Assembly (NCBI GenBank): GCA_038045705.1
Contig: JBBSXO010000003.1
Location: 9,237-73,236 of the forward strand
Length of the DNA: 64,000 nt
Direction of reading: 5' to 3'
Source of the DNA: Nanobdellota archaeon
Lineage (GTDB): Archaea > Nanobdellota > Nanobdellia > Pacearchaeales > GW2011-AR1
A model generated the notes under the pieces. It was not told the DNA's origin, ran no database searches, and worked only from the letters and a program-made list of their open reading frames with translations. The translations under genes and the position numbers were made by a program. Shown here one piece after another: positions 18,437 through 27,900 of this stretch (its first letter is position 1; each line of letters begins with the position of its first letter).

Positions 18437-18735
18437 ATATCTTTCATCTCTGATTTTATCTTAGACATTTTACTAAGCTTATCTGAAACCTTATCAGACC
18501 TACCCTGCAACTCTTTTTTATGCTCCTGGAGTTTTGCCTCTTTTTCAGAGAGACTTGCAAGAAGTTTCTGCATTGCAAGTTCTTTCTGTCTACTTTCAGA
18601 AATACTCGAAGAAGTTTTCTCTATAGATTTCTTTAAAGAGTCTCTTTCCTTACTAAGAGAACTTATCTCACTCTCAAGATCTTTAATTGCACCAGAAAGA
18701 GCAGAACCTTTTTTAACCACCATTTTATCAATCAA
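18433..18735 (-). CDS. Coiled-coil protein, hypothetical
   Basis: Heptad-rich K/E/S/L sequence. Overlaps the downstream gene by 4 nt. Confidence 0.4.
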   Translation of the reverse strand: MIDKMVVKKGSALSGAIKDLESEISSLSKERDSLKKSIEKTSSSISESRQKELAMQKLLASLSEKEAKLQEHKKELQGRSDKVSDKLSKMSKIKSEMKDI

Positions 18736-18751
18736 CCAACGATAAATCTAT

Positions 18752-19759
18752 TTATAAACGTTTCTTTAATTGGTTCGAAAGTTTATCTATTTCACTAATA
18801 GCCGAATCAAAAGAGTTTTTTGAGATATATCTTGAAGAATAAGCTCTATGTAAAACATCTTTTTGAGCTTCTAATTTACGTAATCCTTTAGCAGCATCGC
18901 TAAACTGAGTTTTTTTAATATATTCGATTTCTGATCTCCAGTTCTTAGTTTGCCTAACTGATCTGTTGTACCATAAATAACTAATAAGCATTATAAAAGA
19001 AAGCAAAAATATGAATATGCTCATGTAAATTCTAAAAGAATATTTATTAGTTTCAGGTGGACTCAAAAGCAGATTATTAGAAAGTGAAATCTGATATAAA
19101 TCTAGTCCAAAAGAATTTCCACTTTTAGCAGAAGCAACCATCAAGACTTCATCATGACCATTTGTTCCAAGATTAAAGAAATGTTCAAATGAAGCTTGTC
19201 TTGAAACAGAAACAACTTCTTCAGAGTAACTTAAAAGATCTCCCTCTAAAGAATAAATCGAAAATGCTAAAGCAATACCATTAGATCCAGGATTATTGTA
19301 ATTAAGCTTGTAAACATCGATAATTGGAGAAAGAATAGTCTCTCCAGAAATAACTGAAATATCAGAATTAGCATCAAAATCAATCGAAACATCATATACC
19401 ATTTCAGAACTTCTAGACTCCAGTCCAATAACTACTGGAATGTTTTGAACAATTTCGCTTTCTTTTGAAATAATTAATGTATCAAAATAAACACCCTTCT
19501 CTAACGCACCATTATCCACAATTAAGTTAAAAGAACCAAATTCCTCCTGAGCAACCTCTACAAAGGCAGTTTCAAGTTTAACAGCAGGAGAATTATCTCT
19601 CAAATTAGCAGTGTAACTTCCAGATTCACCAGAATTAAAAAAACTTACTGGAAAAACAGCACTTCCACGAGCGGTTATAATCTCAACAGTATGAGGTGTC
19701 TCTAAACTGCTGACAAAAGACAATGCAAAAAAGATAAAAAATAAAAATAGAGTTTTCAT
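18752..19759 (-). CDS. Type-I membrane surface protein (signal peptide + C-terminal TM + cytoplasmic coiled-coil tail)
   Basis: N-terminal MKTLFLFFIFFALSFVSS, C-terminal IYMSIFIFLLSFIMLISYLWY then a charged tail. Confidence 0.55.
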   Translation of the reverse strand: MKTLFLFFIFFALSFVSSLETPHTVEIITARGSAVFPVSFFNSGESGSYTANLRDNSPAVKLETAFVEVAQEEFGSFNLIVDNGALEKGVYFDTLIISKESEIVQNIPVVIGLESRSSEMVYDVSIDFDANSDISVISGETILSPIIDVYKLNYNNPGSNGIALAFSIYSLEGDLLSYSEEVVSVSRQASFEHFFNLGTNGHDEVLMVASAKSGNSFGLDLYQISLSNNLLLSPPETNKYSFRIYMSIFIFLLSFIMLISYLWYNRSVRQTKNWRSEIEYIKKTQFSDAAKGLRKLEAQKDVLHRAYSSRYISKNSFDSAISEIDKLSNQLKKRL

Positions 19760-20823
19760 TTAATATTTCCTACCAATTTAAATTGTTTTTTATTATTATG
19801 TTTAAAGAATAAAACTGCAAGAAAACAAACAATTAATGCTATGATCATAGCTCCAACAGCTACCCACGTTTGAGGCGTTATCAAAGAATCTGATATCTTA
19901 AAATGAGCTGTTGATGTAGCAAATCCTCCTATATACACTAGTTCAACACCTAGTATATAATCTCCAGGCTCAAGTCCTAGCGTTGAAAATCTCTTACTGT
20001 AACTTTTAGCTCCTCGAACATAAAATGTCTCAGATTCTGTATAACGTACATTTCCGTCAAAATCTTTTATAATATAATTCATAGTAACATCAACACCAGT
20101 TTCACCACCGACTTCTAAAAGTTCTATTAATGCAGGAAGTCTCTGGCCTGCCCTAAGAATACGATATAAATCAGGAACGGTTATTGTCGCATCAAATAAA
20201 ACTCCTTCGCTAACAACATTTAGTAAAACCAGAACTTCTTTTGTAATTCCCTGATAAGTTAATATAATCTTTCCAGCATAAACGCCTGGTTCAGGAGCAT
20301 TTATTGTAAATCTAAGAGGAGCCTTTTGACCAGGTGTTAAAGAAATCAAATCTGTGTTAAAATAAATATAATTATCAATCCCAGTTACACTCACAGTAAT
20401 ATCAATAGCAGTAGAGCCAGTATTCTCTAAAATTAACTCATTAGTTTCACTTTCTCCAGAGATAATCTTAATATTAAAACTCTCTTCACTTACTTTAAAA
20501 TTAGGAGTTGATGAATAACCTCCACTTCCTCCGTCTGACCCTGACCCAGATCCACCTCCAGATCCAGTAGATGAACATGAACCACAATCACTAGAACAAG
20601 AAGAACAAGTTTCAGCGCCATTACACAGTGCATCGCCACACTCTGCCTCAGAACCTTCTACAGTAATGCCAACACTAGCTTCAGAAGATGAATGTGCTAC
20701 TAGTTTAGAATTATAATCATAAACATAAATTCCTATAGAGAAAAACAAACTAAAAAAAGCTAATATTCCAGAAATAACTAAAATAAAAAATAAAGATTTC
20801 TTGATCTCCACCATATATATCAA
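19756..20823 (-). CDS. Membrane-anchored surface protein with a Cys-rich segment and Gly/Ser linker
   Basis: N-terminal TM. CGDALCNGAETCSSCSSDCGSCSS followed by GSGGGSGSGSDGGSGG. C-terminal TM WVAVGAMIIALIVCFLAVLFF. Confidence 0.55.
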   Translation of the reverse strand: MIYMVEIKKSLFFILVISGILAFFSLFFSIGIYVYDYNSKLVAHSSSEASVGITVEGSEAECGDALCNGAETCSSCSSDCGSCSSTGSGGGSGSGSDGGSGGYSSTPNFKVSEESFNIKIISGESETNELILENTGSTAIDITVSVTGIDNYIYFNTDLISLTPGQKAPLRFTINAPEPGVYAGKIILTYQGITKEVLVLLNVVSEGVLFDATITVPDLYRILRAGQRLPALIELLEVGGETGVDVTMNYIIKDFDGNVRYTESETFYVRGAKSYSKRFSTLGLEPGDYILGVELVYIGGFATSTAHFKISDSLITPQTWVAVGAMIIALIVCFLAVLFFKHNNKKQFKLVGNIK

Positions 20824-20866
20824 AAGAAATATAGTATTAAATATGTTCGTAATATGTAATAAAACA

Positions 20867-21277
20867 TCAAGTTAAGCGCATTAATTTGATATTAACATCA
20901 CCAGTGTAATTTCCTAAAAGCTCAAGAGAATTTGCTGAAACAGTAAAGTAAAATTTAGAAGTGTGATAAGGTTCAACAATTAATGGTTCATAAGTAATTA
21001 TCTTTTTTATAGAACCATCAAATTTAGGTTCAACTCTAACAGAAAAAGGATAAGAATTATTTACCAAAATAGATCTAGTTGAACTACCCCCGAGAACAAT
21101 GCTCCCAAAAGTTAAAGCAGTAGAATTAACGTCAAACCCAGCTACGTCTTGCGTAACAAAAGCAGTAGTTTGAAAAGAAAACTCTGAAATAGGAGTTATA
21201 TAATAAAAATAGATAAAAAGAGTCATAACTAAAACAATCAAAGAAATAAAGAATGCAAGCACCAATAAATTTTTCAT
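20867..21277 (-). CDS. Small N-terminally anchored membrane protein (pilin-like?)
   Basis: Single N-terminal TM (LVLAFFISLIVLVMTLFIYFYYI). 136 aa. Confidence 0.4.
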   Translation of the reverse strand: MKNLLVLAFFISLIVLVMTLFIYFYYITPISEFSFQTTAFVTQDVAGFDVNSTALTFGSIVLGGSSTRSILVNNSYPFSVRVEPKFDGSIKKIITYEPLIVEPYHTSKFYFTVSANSLELLGNYTGDVNIKLMRLT

Positions 21278-22389
21278 CTTCTCTTATTCCTGAAAAAGAG
21301 TCTTTTTAAAATGAAGTATAGAACAATAAAGAAGATAATAGCAACAATTGCAGAAACAGAGTAAATAATTAGACTATAATCCTTACCTACAAAAAGACTT
21401 CCATAAATGAAAGTAGATTGACCATGATAGCTTGCATTAAGAAATAAATTATATTTTCCTTCTAAATTATCAGTATCAAGATAACTTTCAATCACTTTCT
21501 CTTCCCAAGGTTCCAAATCTATAGAAGGAGTTCTAAAAACCATACTATAAATATCATTTGTTAAATTAACATCCACATAAGCTCCTAAGACTTTAGAGTT
21601 CCACTTATTTTCCAATGTAACATAAAATTTCTGTATTCCACCTCCAAGAACATAGTTTGTAAAATTAGTTATATTTACAAATAAGGAACCAACTCTAAAA
21701 GATTTGTTAACCTCTCGAGTAATACCTTCATAAGAAACTCTAGCACGACCTATATAATTTCCAGGAACAATACCAGTAGTATCTAAATATTTTCTAAAGT
21801 ATCTCTCGCCAAAGATAGGAATATTTACTGGAGTAAACTCAATCTTTTTTACAGCATTTCCATCACCAGATACAAAATCAACAAAAACACTTTCTATATT
21901 AAGAGGATTATCCCCTCTATTAATAACATGAAGCTCAACAGGTATATTTTCATCTACATTTCCATCTGGAATACTTAAAGATAAATCTCCATAATATCCA
22001 GGATAAGGCACAAAAGTCTTTACAGTAGAACCAACCTCAACAACTGTATTAATAAATGAACTTTCAGAAGGTCTCTCTTTAACACTCACGCTAATTGTGC
22101 TAGTACCAGGTTTATCAAAATCTGTAGGAAATTTTATAGTTAAAATAAAAACTCCATTACCCTTAACAGAATCAACATTAAGAGAAGAATAATCTGCTAG
22201 GTCCCCACCTCTAATACCAACATCATATGTTGAGTATTCCACAGCATCTAAAACATAAAATGTAATATTGACTTCTTGTCCTGGAACAAAGTCTATATTT
22301 TTTATTGCAGGAGATATCCCTAATGCAGAAACATAAGAAATTGAGAAAATAAACAATAAAACTAAAGCAGATTTTCCAACCATCATCAT
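21274..22389 (-). CDS. Type-I membrane surface protein
   Basis: Signal peptide MMMVGKSALVLLFIFSISYVSA. C-terminal TM IIYSVSAIVAIIFFIVLYFIL with an RNKRR tail. Confidence 0.55.
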   Translation of the reverse strand: MMMVGKSALVLLFIFSISYVSALGISPAIKNIDFVPGQEVNITFYVLDAVEYSTYDVGIRGGDLADYSSLNVDSVKGNGVFILTIKFPTDFDKPGTSTISVSVKERPSESSFINTVVEVGSTVKTFVPYPGYYGDLSLSIPDGNVDENIPVELHVINRGDNPLNIESVFVDFVSGDGNAVKKIEFTPVNIPIFGERYFRKYLDTTGIVPGNYIGRARVSYEGITREVNKSFRVGSLFVNITNFTNYVLGGGIQKFYVTLENKWNSKVLGAYVDVNLTNDIYSMVFRTPSIDLEPWEEKVIESYLDTDNLEGKYNLFLNASYHGQSTFIYGSLFVGKDYSLIIYSVSAIVAIIFFIVLYFILKRLFFRNKRR

Positions 22390-22426
22390 TAAAAAACAAA
22401 CTCTATTTTAAATACTTTTTCAGAAT

Positions 22427-23101
22427 TTAAGCTGCAAAGGCAGTCGCGGTAATAGTATCCCCAAGAGCTCCAGTCAAAGAGTCTGAAGGAATCGTCAAAT
22501 TAAAGTCTATACGAACAACATCCCTATCATCGAGAAACTGAAAGTAATTGCAGAATAATGCAGTACTAGTATTAACAATATAGAAGAAATCAGTCTGTAA
22601 AGCGCCAGTACCCCCACTCGCATTTCTACAACTTCCAGATTCAAAACTAGTCACATTCCATCTATACCCTGGACCAGTACCTCCAATCATCTGTGCAGCC
22701 GTCTTTGTACCACTCAAATTAAGCGTAACATTTACATTACCTAAATTTTCAATCCTTAAACCACCAGCGTTCTGTAAAGTCCAATTACCATTAGTCACAT
22801 TACTTGTAGCAAATGTATTTAGACCAGCAGAACTTTGACCAGCATTAACTCTTCCACTTCCCCAGTTAATTTGAGAAGTTGTAAAGTTAATTGTAACAGT
22901 AGATTCAACAGTCAAATTAGCTTCTCCAATACTTGTAGCATGTCCTGATATTGTGCTAAACAATGTTCTAGCAGAAAGGTAAAATACAGCAACAGAGAAC
23001 AATGAAATCACAAAAACAAAAACAGCAAAGATAACAATTATCTTAGAGTTTCCTTCAACCACCATAATCCGCTCCATTTTCAAAACCATTCCCTTCAACA
23101 A
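22427..23101 (-). CDS. N-terminally anchored secreted protein, many N-x-S/T sequons
   Basis: TM KIIVIFAVFVFVISLFSVAVFYL. Numerous NxT/NxS sites. Confidence 0.45.
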   Translation of the reverse strand: MLKGMVLKMERIMVVEGNSKIIVIFAVFVFVISLFSVAVFYLSARTLFSTISGHATSIGEANLTVESTVTINFTTSQINWGSGRVNAGQSSAGLNTFATSNVTNGNWTLQNAGGLRIENLGNVNVTLNLSGTKTAAQMIGGTGPGYRWNVTSFESGSCRNASGGTGALQTDFFYIVNTSTALFCNYFQFLDDRDVVRIDFNLTIPSDSLTGALGDTITATAFAA

Positions 23102-23267
23102 CTAGACCAACATTTCCAGCATTTGAGGAATAAGAAATTTTATTAAGATAATTATCTGAATTTATATTATAAATCATCAAATTAAAAACAACTGAAGTAA
23201 CAGACAAAACTAAAGTAATCATAAGAAGAACAACCACCACTCTTTTCAAACTAGCCATAGCTAACAA
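23055..23267 (-). CDS. Small pilin-like membrane protein (uncertain)
   Basis: MLAMASLKRVVVVLLMITLVLSVTSVVFNLM N-terminal hydrophobic segment. 70 aa. Overlaps the previous ORF. Confidence 0.25.
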   Translation of the reverse strand: MLAMASLKRVVVVLLMITLVLSVTSVVFNLMIYNINSDNYLNKISYSSNAGNVGLVVEGNGFENGADYGG

Positions 23268-23293
23268 AATAAGCCATTATATTTAAACGTTTC

Positions 23294-24490
23294 TTATTTT
23301 TTCTTAATTTTTCTCCTTAAGAACAGAAACCACGTCAAATTGAGCAAAACAAGAACCGCAACTGCTATAATCAGTACTGTTACAAGAGAATCACTTTGCT
23401 TCGTATTCGCAGATTTTATAACATAACCTACCCCTATTACTGAAATATCATTTTCAGAAACATCTAAAGTAAGATCCTTTTGAATAGAACTTTGTCCAAA
23501 ATTAATAAATGCTTTTGCATCATAATTACCAACACGAACACCTTCAGTATCCCAGAAAGAAACAAGTAACTTACTCGAAAATGAATCTATTTTATAGGTT
23601 GCAGATTTAAAATCAGCCATTATTTCTCCATCTTGATTAAACACTTGCATAGATATATAAGCATCTTCGATAGGAGAGTTAAGACTATTCTCAACTAAGA
23701 ATTCAAATTTAGCTATTTCCCCAAGGCTAAAATCATTTACTTCAACACTTTTAAGTTCTAAACTATCTTTGCCAACAGAAAATTCCTTCTCTAAAGTCAG
23801 AGTAGATTCATCATACAAAACAGTAGCAAATGCCCTATATCTTCCAAAGGGTATCGATGTAGTATCCCATTCAACAGCAAGTTCTTTTCTCTCACCACTT
23901 AAAACTTCAATTTCCTGCGTCGAAAGAGAGATAACTTTTTCATTTAAAGGCGTATAAATATCTATCACTGCTCTTGCTCTGACAATATCAAGTTTACCTT
24001 TACTAACTAAGGGCATAACAAATGCTATCTTACCACTATTAGTTGTGCTTACACTCAAAGCAGATTCAGCATATTTACCTGGATAAGGCACGTCAACTAA
24101 TATCTTAGTCGCGATTCCAACAATAGAACCAATATAGGTTGGAGAAGATGAAGAAGATGTATCCGGAACTTCAGTTACAACAATATCAGCATAATGAGCC
24201 CCAGGAGAAAGTCCAGAGGGAATTTTTACAGAATATTTTATAGTTACACTAGGAGTTTCAGGAGTAAGAGTAACATAATACTGCGAAAGAGCAACACTTT
24301 GGCTCAATTCTCCCTCTGGAAGTATAACTAAATTAACCCTTTTATTTTCAGAATTAATTATATCAAACGAAAAAGTTTGTTCAGTTCCAGGTTCGTAACC
24401 AAGAATCTTCTGAGCAGGAGTTATTCCAAAAGCAGAAGAAATAGGAAAGACAATAAAAAATAAAATAAAAAATAAAATAAATTTATTCAT
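23294..24490 (-). CDS. Type-I membrane surface protein
   Basis: Signal peptide MNKFILFFILFFIVFPISSA. C-terminal TM LVTVLIIAVAVLVLLNLTWFLFL with an RRKIKKK tail. Confidence 0.55.
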   Translation of the reverse strand: MNKFILFFILFFIVFPISSAFGITPAQKILGYEPGTEQTFSFDIINSENKRVNLVILPEGELSQSVALSQYYVTLTPETPSVTIKYSVKIPSGLSPGAHYADIVVTEVPDTSSSSSPTYIGSIVGIATKILVDVPYPGKYAESALSVSTTNSGKIAFVMPLVSKGKLDIVRARAVIDIYTPLNEKVISLSTQEIEVLSGERKELAVEWDTTSIPFGRYRAFATVLYDESTLTLEKEFSVGKDSLELKSVEVNDFSLGEIAKFEFLVENSLNSPIEDAYISMQVFNQDGEIMADFKSATYKIDSFSSKLLVSFWDTEGVRVGNYDAKAFINFGQSSIQKDLTLDVSENDISVIGVGYVIKSANTKQSDSLVTVLIIAVAVLVLLNLTWFLFLRRKIKKK

Positions 24491-24923
24491 TTTCTACCCC
24501 CGTATAAGCAATTGAAGAATTGATAAGTGAACCAGTTTCATAAACATCAACTTGTAATGTTGAGTCACCTAAATTAAAAACACCAATTGTTCCATCTTCA
24601 AGCGCCCTAAATTGCAAAACAACTGTTAATTCTAAATTAATCTCACGAATCTCACCTTTCAATCCATCAAAAAATTTTATAAAATATTTGCCTTCTTTCA
24701 GACTAATAGTTTCATTAATAAATATAGTTTCAGGGGAATTAAATCTGGAATTATCATCTATAAGAATATAATCTACAGAAGGTAAAACAAAAAGAAGTGT
24801 TTCATATTCCGAAGTCAAAGGAGAAATTACCAAAGGAGGAGTATATCCAACAAGAAAAAATATTGCAGATAAAAATCCAAATAAAAGTATAGCATCAACA
24901 ATTAACAGTTTTTTATAGTCCAT
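24483..24923 (-). CDS. Small N-terminally anchored membrane protein
   Basis: TM LLIVDAILLFGFLSAIFFLVGY. 146 aa. Confidence 0.4.
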   Translation of the reverse strand: MDYKKLLIVDAILLFGFLSAIFFLVGYTPPLVISPLTSEYETLLFVLPSVDYILIDDNSRFNSPETIFINETISLKEGKYFIKFFDGLKGEIREINLELTVVLQFRALEDGTIGVFNLGDSTLQVDVYETGSLINSSIAYTGVENE

Positions 24924-24924
24924 T

Positions 24925-27900
24925 TTAATAAGTATCTCCGCTACCTAATTCTATTGTAAAAGTTATAGTTGAGGATTTAACGCCGGGACCATCAGACGAA
25001 GGAACAGTTACATTAATATCAACTTCAACACTATCCGTTGTATCAGCATACTTCAAGTCTACAAGATCTGAAATGTCATCAGCAACTAACGGAATATTGC
25101 TATATCCTATAATTGTTTCAGTCCAATTAAATGATCCATTTTCAGAAATTCCATTAGTAGTAACATTATCAAATTTAAATTTATAATTATCTGTAGGATT
25201 AGTTACACTTTGCCAAAGACTAGTTCCTTCAACATCAATATCATTTAAAACATTACCTTCATTTATTAAAATAAATGGTTTAGGAAAATTATCCGAAGTA
25301 TCATTATTCTTCAAATATCCCAAATTTCCAAATTCTATCAAACTTATATTCATAACTATGTTAATATACGCCTGTACTTTCAAATTAAATGGATCAGAAT
25401 ATGAACCAAAAGAACCATCTGAAGCAGAAACACTCCATCTGTAAGAGTCTAAATTATCAAAAAGGCAATTAAGTGGATTTCCTAAATCTAAAAGAGTAAA
25501 GGATAAGGAATTTCCAAACTCATAACCAGTACCACCATTATAATTAGAGTCAACGCAAGTAGACTGCGCAATTAATGAGATATTAACTGTATAATTCTTA
25601 ATAGCATCTCCATCATCATCGCTAGCAACCCATGTAAAGTTTTGATTTGTACGATTAATTGTTGAAGACCCATTAGCTGGCGCAATTAAACTAACATTAG
25701 GTAAAGAATTCAAAATAGTTAAATTACTAGAATTTACATTAAAATTGTTAAGAGGATCATATATTGTCAACCCAACAGACCAATTATGTCCTTTAGTTGT
25801 ATTTCCATCATCAAGAGTGGCAATAAATGTAGTCCCATTAGAATAACTTAAATTATAAGCTTGAGTAAGATGAAGAATACTATTATTATACCATCTTACT
25901 GTAACATTCATAGTATCGTTATTTAAGTCGAGTAATGTTGTTCGGACATTCAAATCTTCCAAAGTTCTATTCAGTCCAAGAGTAGAATTCAGAATTAGAG
26001 CAGTTCCATTGTAAGGAATGTTATTAATTCTAAACGTTCTTGTCTGACTTGTTGCAATATTTTGAGTAGTATCGGCACAAGTTACATTCCATCCATGAGT
26101 CCCACTAGAAAAACCAACAACACTAAGATTAACCATACTACCAGAAGGAGAATTAATGTTTGATGAATTTACTAAATTATCTATTGTCAAATTACAAGAC
26201 ATTGTAGAAGAATGATCATCTGTAGCCGTCCAATTAAATGATAAGCTACTCCCAAAACTAAAATTGGAATCGTTCAAAGGTTGATTTAAAGCAATTGATG
26301 GTGGGCTATCTTGTTCAAAAGTTATTGTATAATAAGGTGCATATGTACCATTAGCACCACTGCCTAAAGCCCTAAGACTCCATAAATAGGATTCACTAAA
26401 ACATGAAACTGAAACAGATATTGAATGCTGGCTAACTGCACCTAAAGATTCTATGTTTTGTCCATTATATTGAGAATCTTCACAAAGACTGTTTATGGAA
26501 AGATTAAACTGCAAACCAGTAATTTCATCAAGATCATCGTCACTATGAGCAAAATAAAATGTCTGGTCACTTGTATTATAACTTAAAGAGTCATTAGCTG
26601 GAGATATTAAAGTAACATTAGGTAAAGAATTCAAGATAGTTAAATTACTAGAATTTACATTAAAATTATTAAGAGAGTCATATATTGTCAACCCAACAGA
26701 CCAATTATGTCCTTTAGTTGTATTTCCATCATCAAGAGTGGCAATAAATGTAGTCCCATTAGAATAACTTAAATTATAAGCTTGAGTAAGATGAAGAATA
26801 CTATTATTATACCATCTTACTGTAACATTCATTGTATTGTTGTCTAAATCAAGTAATGTTGTTCGAACATTCAAATCTTCCAAAGTTCTATTTAATCCAA
26901 GGGTAGAATTCAGAATTAAAGCAGTCCCATTATAAGGGGCAGAGTCTCCACTAATAACTGTAACATTATAATTTATCAAACTTTGTGAATAGTTTTGAGT
27001 CTGAGCGTAAGAAACAGTGATATTGTAAATTCCAATTCCACTAAATGAAGTTAAATTGCTTACTTCAGTAGGTCGTTGATTAATGAGTGTCCCATTGTTA
27101 TATAATTGAAGATTTCCTCCAGGATCTCCCAAAATTAAAGTTCCATTCAATAAAATACTCCCTCCACTAGAAATCGTAATATTTGATTGGGTTCCATTCA
27201 AAGTTAAATTTAATTGACTAGTATTTCTAGCAATAACATAATTTCTAGTTCCAGAAATATTATATGTAGAACCAGGTCCATAAGACCACCAGTAATAAGA
27301 GTATGTTCCTGCAGCAATATTAGCAATCGTAGAGTTAAACATGGTTGCAGATAAATTTGAGACACTCCTATTAGTTCCATTAAATTCAAAACCAGCGGTA
27401 CCATTTGAGTCAGTTATAGTTATATTAAAAGCATAAACCGCATTATTGACATAAGCAGAATTATTTAGAATGGTTTCATTAAATAAACCAAACACAGGTG
27501 TGAATGGACAATTACCATCCCATAAAGTACCGTTAAGCCAATAAGTCTTTGTTATAGACTTATCTGAAGAATTTGTATATGTTATTACCCATGTTTCATT
27601 ACATAAAGACATCCCAGTAGCAGGATTCTTACCAACAGCATAATATAAAGCAGGAGCAGTATTAGCAAAAGATTCAACAATAAAGTTTTGAGTTACCATA
27701 GTTCCAGAACCATTGTAAGCAACAGCAACAATATCTCCAGCAGACTGATTAAAATAAGCAACTACAAAATTATCTGAATTTGTGCTTTTATTAAACACTG
27801 TTGCAATAGACAGCCTAGAAGAAGATCCTACTGCAGTATCTACATCAGTAGCAGATAGAATAGAATTTCCTGCGAGATCATTTATCGCAATAGTAATATC

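Noticed and set aside
22427-24923. Calling the small N-anchored proteins archaeal type IV pilins
   Set aside because: I could not find a convincing class III signal-peptide cleavage motif (K/R followed by G/A/S before the hydrophobic stretch), so they are described only as pilin-like or N-anchored membrane proteins.
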